From assembly GCA_044892525.1 (NCBI GenBank), contig CM097885.1, forward strand, positions 31,064,001-31,128,000: a stretch of DNA of 64,000 nucleotides, in the 5' to 3' direction. Both the position numbers and the translations under genes were made by a program. This stretch comes from Schmidtea polychroa. Lineage: Eukaryota. Positions 13,190-25,721 of this stretch are shown here, one piece after another. Position 1 is the stretch's first letter, and each line of letters starts with the position of its first letter. Below the pieces are notes generated by a model. The model made no database searches. It was given only the letters and a program-made list of their open reading frames with translations, and had not been told where the DNA came from.

Positions 13190-14927
13190 ATCATCAATCA
13201 CCACCATTTCATTTTCATCTGCAATTTTAAGCAGCAAATCTCAAAAAAATGGTATATCTGACTAGCATTTATTGGAGAATATAAGTTATAGTTTGAAAAC
13301 ACTGTTTCAGGGAATAGGATAAATATTAATGAATTAAAAATCTCAAAACTTATCATCAAGCATGGAAAAAATAGGGACTTAACTAAGTTTACAATTAGTA
13401 ACAAAATAAAAGGAATATGTAGTTAAAACTGAGTTAAACGTAGTTATTTTATTATATAAATTTATCCTGATGAACAATTTTGTAATTTGAATGATGAACA
13501 GTGGCATATCAAAAATTTATTCACCTTCACGATTTAATTAGTGACGCGTATATTTAGAAAAACTTTTATTAACAACTTATATTTGAATTGAAATCTTGTA
13601 TTCTGTTTGACCATCTTCATTAATCTCGTCATAGATGAATTTGGGTCGTGGGTGATACTAGGTGAAATGTTGCACCGTTCACTTTTAATGATTTCTCAAA
13701 ATTTATCGATTGACAGGAATATAAATTAATTTTTTTGATAGATATTTGCTGTCTTAAAATCAGGTTAATTATCCAGTCACATTAATATGTCTATATATTC
13801 CATTATTAATATATCTTTGGTACTTTTCGCTTTAAAGCGTAGTTGGAAGTCACATCGAAATATGTATGTTCTCTTCTTTAAAATATTAATTTTTTATTTA
13901 TGAAACTATTACAATTTTTTGCATTAGAATACCAATGCATTTTTAAAAATTTCCTTAAAATTGGCACATGCCTCTTATTTTGGCTCTTATTTAGAACTTA
14001 AGCAATGAAAGATGCACTCATCGCTGAAAATAACAGCCACGATTTAACCTTTTGAGGTTTATTGTTATTTTTGAAATTCAAACATTGTGATCCAAATTAA
14101 TTTTCTCAAAAAAAAATAATGGACTGGAATGAATGTTGAACTTTATAATGTTATTTTATAAAAGTTTAAACAAAAAATTCGGTTGTTTTATAATTAATCC
14201 TGTACTATAATGCCTACTCGGCTCGATGTTGGACTTACTACTAGCACTAGTCTTGTCAAGTCAGCTTCGACGTTAAACTTAACAATTAAATAAAGTAAAA
14301 CATTTTTTTAATTTTAGATCAAACTAAAAATCAAGTATGACTGAAATCAGAGAAGCATTTTAGTATTGTGGAACAATACTAGTTGAAATGAACCTATAGA
14401 AATCGAAACTGTTATTTTGATAAGGGTTCTGCAGTGCGCCGAATAAAAATTTCAGTAAATAGAAATTTAAAGACTATTTTCAACTGTTTTCTAAAAGTGT
14501 ATTACAGTTTGCAATGCAATCCATTTTTGGTTATTCATCCGTTTGGAATGACTTACCATTCATTTTGCATTGGGTTCACCTGGGGTTATTGAGGAATCGG
14601 TTGGATTCATATTTTTCATGAAACCTTTATCAATTGATACTATATTTCTATCAAAATTGTTCCAGTCTCCAAATTCTCCCAAACTCAACACTCGCACATT
14701 CAGGATTTACTTAATATATGGCTGGTTGCTAATTCATCCTTAAACAATTTAATGATATAATTTCTTAAACTTCTATTATAATCAAATTATGGTTTTGAAC
14801 AGTTTCTCTGCTAATTTTATATCTCTTAAATATTAATTCTTAGATTTTCATCACTGACACTAGAATTTTATGATATTTGCCGGATGAGAGTTTAGTATAA
14901 ACAAACATGTTACGATACGATAATAAA

Positions 14928-14930
<3 letters not shown>

Positions 14931-15020
<90 letters not shown>
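14931..15020. repeat. (TA)n microsatellite followed by short (TG)n
   Basis: Directly visible. Confidence 0.98.
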
Positions 15021-15023
<3 letters not shown>

Positions 15024-15182
15024 GTGTGTGTGTGTGTGCAAGGAAATTTTCATAGTTTGTTTTTCTGATGTTTCGGGAACATTAATTAAATACAAATTTT
15101 ACAAGTTCTTGAAGTTCCCATGTCTCAAAGATTTTTAAGGTTACTGAGAGCACGAAATGTGCAAAATTGTAAGCCATTTTAA

Positions 15183-15478
15183 TGCATTCCCGGACAAGAC
15201 ACATTTACCACTAGAAAATGTTCTATTCCGCGAACAAGACGGTATATGACAACATTTAATAAATCAGCTGTTATGATAAGATGAGAACTCCCAACAGTTA
15301 ATGCTTTATCATCTATATAATAATTTTATATGTATCCATATAGAAACATTGTTATATTTCATAATACTTCATTGCATTGAAAATTTCAATTGTTTAGTTA
15401 ATTAATCTTTCATATTCCAAAAGTAACCCTATGTGTCATCCTGCGAAATCTATAGTTAAAAGTATATCCGGGAACGCG
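15183..15478. mobile_element. piggyBac-type MITE, 296 bp
   Basis: TTAA on both sides. Imperfect TIR TGCATTCCCGGACA vs CGCGTTCCCGGATA (reverse complement of right end), 11/14. Confidence 0.6.
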
Positions 15479-18400
15479 TTAAACATGAATATGGATTCGT
15501 TTTAAATGCAAAAAAAATTCTAAAAATTCTTATTGTTGAGTAAATTTTTCACTTTTAATGAAATCTAAGTCGATTTTTAATCCAATGTAAAGTAATTTAT
15601 AAAAATACAAAATACTAAAATCTAGAGCAATGAGATTGAAATGCTAAAAATTCGAAATTGAAGATTAATTAAAATTGATAATGGATACAATTTCGTTCAG
15701 TAAACAAATTTTATTATTATAAGTTGATTATTTTTCAATTAGGTTTCAAGAACACTTTTTGATTTGATTGAAACCAATATTTTATTTTGTTCGACGTCTT
15801 CGGAAATCAATTTTCATGTAATATGTGTATCTTGAAAGGAAAATGTAAAAAGAAATAATCCATGATTTCCAAAAATATACATTGCAAAATAAATGTTTGA
15901 TGTACTTATACATGTTGTAAAGATGGTATAGAAATAAAAAATGCCCGTAAAAAGGTTTTATTTCCATTACTATTGTCGCAGATCGATTCGAATTCTTAAT
16001 AGAGCTGTTAATTAAATCAACGCAACTTTTCCAACTGTATACTGTATTCGTAAGGCAAGTTTGAAAAAAAGTGTTTTATTGGAAATAAATAGGTCACAAT
16101 ATCTTTCAAATTCTACTAATATATTTTAAAATAATATTTTAGACTCACTACTCAATTGATATATTATATAATCATATAATATATTTTCTAGGTTAAACAA
16201 TATCAGTAAATCTAATCTTACTAGTACGTCACATTTGGAATTAATACCAACAATGTCATTTTATAAACCTTAATTGTATTAATCATTAGAAATGTGTTAT
16301 AAAAATAAGCTCAATTACAAAATCAATATACTTTATCCATTTTATTGTAAATCCGGTCATGCTAAACAATTGAATTGAATAAATTCTGCAATAATTATAA
16401 CAACAACAGAAAAATGATTTATAAAAAGTTTTTCAATAATAAAAGTTTTCAACTAATTTAATTAAAATTAAAAATTTGATTGAAACTTTCCAAATTTATT
16501 ATATGTTCTTAATGTAGATTGAAATTTGAAAATTAATGATAATTAAGTTTTTCATGTAAATGACACCTAACAATGACGAAATTAACAAAAAAAAATTAAC
16601 AAATTAATTCAATTTGCACATTGGAAAAATCTTAAAAAACAAATTTAAAAGGATCCAAAATAGAAAACCAATTAAAGATTTAATCAATGAAGACTCTTGG
16701 TAGAGCTTCAATGTAAATTGAGACCCGCGAATTAAATTAATTAAACTTTTTTAAGAAATAATAATAATAATTTTTCTTATTATTATTAAAATAAGGAATT
16801 AAGAATTGAAGATGGTGACTGTTTAAATGTAGAAAGAACTTTTTGGTTTATTACTATTTCGTTGTTCCTTCATAGTGTTGTAAAAAAATACTTCATACTT
16901 TACACTATTGATTTATTAATATATAATTAATATTAATATAATTAATTTCTATTATAATTTTAGACTAGAAATCAATATTCGTGCTGAAATAATAATATTA
17001 ATCCGAGAACAGTGTTTCGCAAACCATGTGTTACAATTTCCTTCAAGAAGTACATTTAACTCCCGAATTCCTACGAAGACATACTATCCGATGGATTCCT
17101 CTTTTCAGATTAGATGCTCACGTATAAAATTGACTTTTTTCTCAAATGAGGATACTTGCGAAGAAAAAAAAGCTATAAGTGATGCCATTATCAAGTCAAT
17201 AAGATTTTTTAAATCATATATCGTTATACAATTATTGTTACAATTCACAAATGTATATATCTTTCTACCATTACAGAAAACCCTTTTCATCGAAGAGTTG
17301 TTTAATTTTTTTGCCTTCCTTTTTTGACTATAGGTAATTTTATCTCACACTTAAAATTATTTCATTTCCTGATAACATATTTTCCATGTTCCAGATACTC
17401 AATAACTTCTATTTTGAATCCAATTTTTTTGTCATGTAATTTTACTGATAAAAATTTAAATAAATAATGTAGTGTTATAATTTAATATAATTTACTTAAT
17501 TTAGAATTCTAGAAATATATTATATGCATATTTATTCATAAATATTCATTCTCGAAATCCGCATCTGCATGCGACTTTAAATATTTTCTTTCTAAATGCA
17601 ATTTCAAACATGCTTCTTCACTCAGAAAAAGTTGCATTAGATGTTTTGTATTTTTTCAATCTGTCTTAAAGAGGAATTTTTATTGTTGTGTTTTTAAGTG
17701 TCAAGATAACAATCTAGACTTAGAAATACTAAAACAATTATTATTAAGCATTTCTTCACAAATTTCGTATCGTGGTTGTCGACTGTTTTTATATGCAAAA
17801 TTTGATCAATGAAATTCAATATGATTTCCGTTTTCTATTTTTGTTTTTACAGAATATTCTATTTCAATAATATACTATCTAAAAATGATCCTACCACTCC
17901 ACAACTAAGAATTTAAAATGTTTATAGCTAGCCTTTATTTTCATTTTATTCATTTAAAAACATTAAATGATTAAAATCCTTCAACTTTGTGTTCATCTTT
18001 GATCTACTTTTGCGTTTTTATAATTTTCATTACGAGTATAGATCATTTTTTCCTGTGGAAACCAAATGTTTCAACACTGTCATTTTAAAGTGTTGAAGAA
18101 AGTGTAGAAAATAGAAAAACCACGAAAAGATATTAAAACATTATTCTTTCAACTACAACTTTAAAATGAAAAATTTCACCTTTCTTTCTATTTGCTTTAT
18201 TTTAATTTCTTTGTAGACTATCGATCAATATTAATTTTTATGTTAAAAATATTTTCAAAATGCTGTACCGGAAATTTACGTTAAAATTAAACCAAATATT
18301 GATAGATAGTTCAAAAAAAATTTGTATATATTGAAAGTTTATAAATTTTTATTAAATTTGACTTTTATCTAATAGATTAGACAGAATTGTCATTATATGA

Positions 18401-19310
18401 AGTCTCACATTTTCAAATATCCTTATAAAAACAAATAATTCCAATGAAATAACAATAGATTTTATAAAATCATTAAGGGTGATAGATAATTAACAATCCC
18501 AGAAATTATATTGGCGTCGGTGCCTGGTGACCAATTTCCTTTCTTTATTGAAATTTATATAAAGTATGCAGAGAATGGTATCTATTATAATAAAGCATTT
18601 CTAAGTGCTTAAAATTTCAATAAAATCGATAAATACACAGACTAAAATTCGGATATTTTTTCTAAGAACAATTTTCAACCTTCATAATCAAAGAAAAAGC
18701 AAATGTTGTTTTTAAACAGATTAATTTCCAACATGAAATTGTCCATCATAAACGAGACCGAAGAAGTGCTAAAATATCGATAATAATTATTCCTTCTATA
18801 CTAAGCTTATATCCAGGAGTGTTTTATAATTAAAGTCGGTCTGATAACTACTATATATCTGATCCTATGAAAATCCTTCATTGTTCACTGATAATTTGTC
18901 ACCACAGATATTAGGTTTTCTCACTCCGAACTATCCTCTACAATAATAAATTCAGTCGATACTAGCATTTTTAATTTTCCCTCATTCATTATTTTTTAAA
19001 GACTTAAAGTCTTTTCTTGAAACATCAACCTTTTGATAGCTGTTCGTTAATCTATTTATTGCGAAAGCCACAGAAATATTTTCATGTACACATTTTTCAA
19101 AATTTTCTATTTTTTCATTCCTTCGCTTGAAAATCTATTACATTTCAATTACAAAGTGTGATTCATCCAACGCACAAATTCAGTGAAATTTTTTCCTAGC
19201 ATTTTCTCAATTGAAAGAACACTTTTTTTTCTCTTTCCACTTTCCATATTAATAATGAAGTGAAAAGATTAAAAAAAAATCGAAGATTTTAATAATGGTG
19301 ATTAATAAAC

Positions 19311-19616
19311 TAGGACATAGCCGAATGTCATTTTCCCGCCGATTCCGGATATGATCCGGGTAGTTAGTAACAGTAATGGAGAAATGGAGATAACGAGATT
19401 GTAGCAATGAAAAACGAAAATGGATATCTTGTCAATGTTAGGTATTTGTTATTTTTTAATACTTTTTTACAGATATTTTTGTTTCATTTTAAATTTTAAA
19501 AACACGTTCTTTTTGTTATTTGGATCGGTCTTTCGCGTTGGTGCCGATACCGATTAATCGGTTTGGTCAAAATTCGGCAGAAGCCGATTTTCGGATCAAA
19601 AGTCGGTTATGCCCTA
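19311..19616. mobile_element. hAT MITE, 306 bp
   Basis: TIR TAGGACATAGCCGAAT vs TAGGGCATAACCGACT. Perfect 8-bp TSD TAATAAAC (19303-19310, 19617-19624). Internal CCGA/TCGG motifs. Confidence 0.85.
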
Positions 19617-19677
19617 TAATAAACAATCGAAAATAAGGACTTTTTAAAAAATGCCCAATTACAAATTCGATGTATTA

Positions 19678-20940
19678 CAGGGTTATTAATATTTATAAAG
19701 AATTTATTAATCAATATAAAAAATTTATTAATCATTATAAAGAATTTATTAATAATCATAAAGAAAAATCATAAAGAACCCATGAGTCCTGAACACAAAA
19801 ATGCATTTACGAATATCCTCGGCTTAGAAGAACAATCAAATAATTCCAGAAAAAGAAGAACAGCCATCACGCAAAAAAATCTTGAACTTTTGAAGGATAT
19901 GAAGTCTGAAGGTGACGACGTCGCAAAAATGGCAAGAGTGTTGAAGATTTCGAATAAGTCTGTATATAAATGGCTAAAATTGAACAGGCTGACGATGAAG
20001 ATTTTATAAAAAATATTCAGTTCAAGAAACCTGGAAGAGCAGCCTTTGGCATTACAGAAAAAGTTCTTAAGGTTGGGGAATGCATTCAACACGATAATTC
20101 CTTTAACCAAACAGGGATTGCTAATTTTTTAGAAACTGAGAATATTAATATAAGCCAACCCACTGTTTCTCTCTATTTGAAAAAGCTTAATTTAATGAGG
20201 AAAAGACTTAAGAAAAGGCCAATTAAAGTAGAATCTCCTGAATTGATTGCACAAAGAAAAATTGCTTTGAAATTCAGAAATATAAGAAATAATGCCATTT
20301 TATATCTGGATGAGACCAGGTTTAATTTGCATACGGTCCCCAATTATGGATATTCCCCAGTTAATACTTCACCTGCAATAACTGTTCCAACAAACAGAGG
20401 AAGAAATATTAGTTTATTGTCGATAATTTCAAACGAAAAAATTCTGCATTTTAAATTAGTCGAAGGTCCGTATAATGGTAGTCTGTTTTTAGAGTTTTTG
20501 ATAGAATGTAAAAATTTAGGCTATTTTTCTCCTGATAAGGTCATTCTAATGGATAATGTAAAGTTTCACAAGACACGAGAGGTTGCTACATGGTTTGAAA
20601 ACAATAATGTTGATCATGCTTATCTGCCCACTTATAGCGAACAATTGAATCCCATCGAAATATTCTCTTGTCTAAAAAATAGATACTTCACTATTAGACC
20701 ACGTCCTCAAAATGCCACGGATATTATCAATAATGTCAGCTCTACAATTGGGAATATGAATAATGATGTGTCTCTTTGTTTTGATAATTTTTATAGAAAC
20801 ATGCGTAAGCATCTCGATTTAGCTTTTAATGGAATGTCCTTTGATTAAAATATAAATTTAACGCCATATTTAGTCTTCATAACATATTAGTAATTTTTAT
20901 ATGATTATTTATCTTTTCTTTATAATTATTAATAACCCTG
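19678..20940 (+). mobile_element. Full-length Tc1/IS630-like element (DD34E), 1263 bp
   Basis: 25-bp TIR CAGGGTTATTAATAtTTATAAAGAA with one mismatch, TA on both sides. Confidence 0.9.
19782..20848 (+). pseudogene. Tc1/IS630-family transposase split by a frameshift near 19975
   Basis: HTH-like N-terminus (VAKMARVLKISNKSVYKW) in one frame. LYLDETRF, ILMDNVKFH and YLPTYSEQLNPIE (34 residues between D and E) in the -1 frame. Confidence 0.85.
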
Positions 20941-23427
20941 TATTACCGATTTTTAGGGATAATAAATATGTATTTGAAAATTCTCAAAATTTTTATATCG
21001 GCTAGTCGAAGTTTTACAATAGCATAAATCGATTATGGCATAAAATAAATAATCACATACATTTCAATGCCCAATCCTAATGAAATTTTTTGAAATGAAC
21101 TCTTCTTTCTCTTTTTATCGTTTTTAACTTTTTTTCAATTAAAGAAAAATAACTTTTTCCATATTAATAATATAAAGGAAATAAAAGTTGTATTAATTCA
21201 AAAATTGTATTAATGGCAATTTTAATAATAAACAATCGGAAAAAAAACTTGAAACAATAATCTAATTCAATACATTATTAACGATTTTTAAAGACAACAA
21301 AAATGTATGAGAAAGTCCACAAAAATTTATATCAAATAGTAGAAGTTTTACAATTATATAAATTTATTATGGCATAATATTTTTGGTATGACGTAATTAA
21401 TATGACGAAATTAATAATCACATAAATCTAATTGAAATTCAAAAATTTTCACATTTACATTTCTCTTGACGAGATTAATAATTATTGGCATAGCACGATT
21501 TTATAAATAAAAAAATAAATTACCTTAGTTTCCTGACGGAAATCCTAAATTAAAAATTATATTTTAAATTAAAATTTATTGACATTTAAAAAAACAATAC
21601 GATTTCCGTAATTTAAGTTTTAATCCGATGATCAATAAAAACAACTTTTATTAAACAAAATATACCGAATGGCTACCTTATAGTGACAGTTGGAAAATAA
21701 TTATTGGAAAATTAACATTCAGAATTTACCAGATCTGTGCGCCTGAGAGTCTATCTGTGATTCATTAAGTGATTAAATGGAAATGAAGGACAATCAAAAT
21801 TCTATATTAACCTAATTTTAATCAAAAACATCCTATTTGTATTTCAATATTATCTAAAAATCGACTTTTTTTCTATCGAATAATACATAATTTGATCAAT
21901 TGCATAATTTATTTAAAACTTAATAAATATAAAAAATTATTGTAATTATCTTTAATTTGAAATTTCACTTAATAACTTTATATTTTAACCCTTTAAACCC
22001 AGAGTGGGTTAAATTTTGTATTTACTGGTATTTAATTCGTCTTAATGGTGGAGCGGTTTTAGATTTTGGGGTTTGGTCACGAAGTTGGTGGGTACTGATG
22101 ATAGCCAGAGAAGTTTGAAACTAGCCTGCCATTAGAAATCGCATTAAATATAACTTTAAAAAACTTTCTGAAACTGTTCTGAAATGTGTCCTTTATGAGT
22201 ATCTTTGCTTGATCTGCTGTGATTGTCTTGATATCCGAAATATATTCAAAACGTTCACTTTTTCGGGTCATTTTAACTACTGAGAAGAGCCAGAGGCTAT
22301 GCGGTTCAAAAATATACCGAAGTCTTTTCAATTAACAGGAATATCCGTACCAAAAGCAATGTGTGACACGGAATGTTCCTCGAAAACACATCTGATTGTA
22401 AGAGACTCTTAACTGCCAAAACAGCTCAACCAAAGACACTCAAAAAAGACGAATTCCATAACTGTTTCACAAAGCGACAACGAGGGGATAAGTGTATTCA
22501 AAGCGAGGAGGAGTACTTTAAGAGGAACTAATATAGTAGCGTATTTGTAGCTATATTTGTTGATTGAAACAATCACTGTATTTATAATCATAGCTCATAG
22601 ATATTAAATATATTATTTGAGCTCTAAAATATGTTTCCCTTCATGTAAATCTGGTTGAAAGCGTCAAATTGTCTGATTGGCCATTATTAAAATATCATTC
22701 ACAACGACCATAACAATACCATTTCCTGTCTAAGATGATCAACGTAAAATACAGACAGGACATGAGTGAAATTTTTAATTTTTTAATGAAATAACAATAG
22801 ATCAATAATATTTGTGGTAATCCTCATGCATTTTTAGGTAAGAAAACGAGAATAATATATCAATAAAATCTGTGATTTCATTGGTCAGTAAATGATTTAC
22901 ACTTTTCTAGCTATTGAGCAATAGGACGTACTGAAATTTTGAAATTTAAATAAGATTGCTGAGAAAAGTTTAGGTGACCTGCGAAATTATTGATTTTCAA
23001 TTAACTATATTATTTATTCCTGTTATTACAACTTTCATCAAAGATTTCCTACAAAAAATCCCTTAATTTTATACTTTCCAGGTTACTTGGCATGAAAAAT
23101 TAAACTGGATTAGTATTATTTCACAGAAAATCAAAAGTAATTTAAATCAAATTCAAAACCAGCGAATGAAACTCCAGAAATTTTGAGTACCCCCCCCCCA
23201 TTTTTCATTCTTTAGTTTTCATTGGACCTGAATTTTACTGAGTAAAACAATAGAAATTTAGGAGTAACTATAGTATATGGGACCGATTGTGAAGGATAGA
23301 GGAATGATATATTAAATACTATTCTTCAAAATTATAAAGGAAAAATATGATAAGATTATAAACAATGACTTATTTTAATTACAAAAATATACTATAAAAT
23401 ATAAATTTAAAATAATTAAGTTAATAC

Positions 23428-24008
23428 CACATCTTTGTATTTGCTGATATTTGGAATTTTGAGCTCTAACGTTCCAGTTGGTCGGGCAGGATCGTTTTCA
23501 GAATAGAAGTCATCAAGATCATCATAATATTTCGTATCATCACTTCTATTATTTGAAGAATTACGTATTCTTTCAAATTCTTCAGTAGAGTCATCCGTTT
23601 TATTATTTGGATTATGTTGAAAAATTGATTTGTTATTCGAAAGAAGTTTTTTCTTTTTTTTATTATCTGTTGCTGTTCTTTCTGGTGAGCTATTCATGGT
23701 AACATTCCCATTAGTTACTGAACTTTTAGAAGACATATCAGTTTTATCATTAGAAATGACGCTTTTTTTCATATTTATATCTTCATTATCATTATTTCTT
23801 TGCTCAGATTGCGAACGACGTATTGATTCAGTTTCTTCTCGTTCGGTTCCCAGCGACACATCAAAAGAATGACGTGTGCCAGGAGTAGTTTGATCTGAAA
23901 TGTCGCCTTTATTAGTAATTAATTTCGTTTTATTAGAATTTTTTGCTTTTAATTCTGAAGAACCTAGCGTATTTTTAGCGTGTTTGCTCGGTACTCGCCC
24001 AATATTTA
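23428..24008 (-). CDS. USP7: USP7 upstream exon: low-complexity N-terminal region plus first strand of the MATH domain
   Basis: Frame open from acceptor aaaag (24010-24009, phase 1) to RPTGTLELKIPNISKYKDV|gtatta. Joins in phase 0 to ILSPEP of the 8518 exon, matching the USP7 RSEATFQFTVERFS..VLSPP pattern. Donor could be 3 nt earlier. Start exon not located. Confidence 0.8.
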
Positions 24009-24396
24009 CTTTTAAATAAATAAAAATTAATAAATTTTTTTGACTAGAATAAAATATTAATAAATTTTGTAAACAAAATATAAATTAACTTTTAATAGCA
24101 ACAGTGGTTAAATTATTAACTTTATCATTCAGTATTATTTTAAAATTTATGAAATCAATAATATATACTATTATAATTATAAATATTAAGTTTATATTTA
24201 GGAATTATACCAGTTAAACAAATTGTCCTGTGTAAAGTATTGACAAGAAATATTTAGTTTTGTCTAATTTAATTAATATAAATTAATTTAGTCTTATTTT
24301 CAAAATATAATATTTATTGTAAAAAATGTTATTAAATATTTACAAATTTGAACATAAATAATTTTTTATAAAATTTTTACACAATATAGTTACTGT

Positions 24397-24507
24397 AGTT
24401 ATGGAAAGTTGTTTGTTTTAATAATATTCGATTTAGCGTTTTTTGAAAAATATATTTTAATTGCATTTATTGATTTTATGAATTTAGAAGTTGAAGACAT
24501 CATAACT
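24397..24507 (+). repeat. 5' LTR (AGTTATG...CATAACT)
   Basis: Identical to 28815-28925, with a 7-bp terminal inverted repeat. Confidence 0.95.
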
Positions 24508-24549
24508 GGCGAAATCAATGCGATAGGAAAAAAGAAAGGAACTAAGAAT

Positions 24550-25721
24550 ATGTTAGATTCCTTGTCAAAACAAGCACGTGAGATGCTAAACTTTAATGTA
24601 AGAAAGTTTGACGGAAAAGTTGGATCTGAACTTTTGCTAAAAGATAAAGGCTAAAGGATATTATGGAATGGCTGAGAATAGAAGATCAAAGTCTAGTAGA
24701 CGCATTGGATCTTTTGTTGACAGATGCGGCATCGATGTTATGGGAAGCGGCGAAAATAGCGAAGATGACCGATGCAATGGCAAAAGAGTGGTTTATAGAA
24801 ACTTTTACAGTAAGGAAAACCATTACTAACAAGATTGTGGAACTAGCTTAAATCCAGCAAGAGAGAGATGAAAGATTCCAAGTCTTCGAAATACGAGTAA
24901 GAAGTTTAGTTAAAAGTGTATTTAGCTCTGGAATGTCTGATGAACAGATTGTTCGAGACATTATCTCAAACAGAGCGAAAGACGATAGAGTAAAAGAAAT
25001 ATTCTTATCAGGGAAAGTGACAAGTTTTGAAGATGCCAGGGATATGGCAAAAATTCAGGAGAAGATCGAGATGACGAATGACAATAAATTCAATATTGAT
25101 GCCATAAGAAGAGACTCTTACGCATCAGTGATGAAAAATGGTAAATTCGAGGGTAGACGAGACCAAAGAACAATTGTGAAGACAACTGCACATCAACGCG
25201 ACGAACACCGAGAGATTAATCATGAGAGGAATAGACCTGGTAATGGTCGGTTTGTACCAATTGTAAATGAAGACAAGAATGAAAATGAGCGGTATAGCGG
25301 ACGATATGAGACAGGAGAACCAGAGAGAAGAAAACCTACAGTATTGCTTAAAGATATTGCAAGAAGGTTATTTAATAACAGCAAAGGAAGAGATTCGCCT
25401 CATCCAGTGAAACTGACACCAGGTCAGTGTTTTTGTTGTGGAGAAAAAGGGCACCGGCGTTTTGAATGTCCTATGAAAGACAAATGTCTAATCTGTGGAA
25501 AAGAAGGTCATGGATTCAGAGATTGTTTTTTGCTTAAAAATAGAAATGGATATCAGAAGAGAGTGGCGTGTATTTACGAAGAAGATCACGAAAGAAATAA
25601 TGGTGATTTCACAGAAGATTTATACAGTAATTACGAAGAAACGATAAAAAAATCAATGGATAAACCAAAAAACAAGGACGATCCCATTGCTTTCATTTCG
25701 TCAGTGGGGTCGACACAATAA
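24550..25721 (+). pseudogene. gag: gag with two CCHC zinc knuckles, disrupted
   Basis: CFCCGEKGHRRFEC and CLICGKEGHGFRDC. Frameshift at a short tandem duplication (~24635-24662) and in-frame stop at 24849-24851. Confidence 0.85.
25667..25712 (+). promoter_or_regulatory. -1 programmed ribosomal frameshift signal (gag-pol)
   Basis: Slippery heptamer A AAA AAC in the gag frame (25667-25673), 5-nt spacer, 11-bp stem CGATCCCATTG/CAGTGGGGTCG. The -1 frame is open into pol. Confidence 0.8.

Noticed and set aside
21985..22400. TTAACCCTTTAAACCC piggyBac-like end and nearby 84-aa ORF
   Set aside because: No matching second TIR and no convincing transposase motif.
24409..24654. ORFs starting in the LTRs (also 28743-28937)
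   Set aside because: Read through LTR sequence; only the part from ATG 24550 is plausibly gag.
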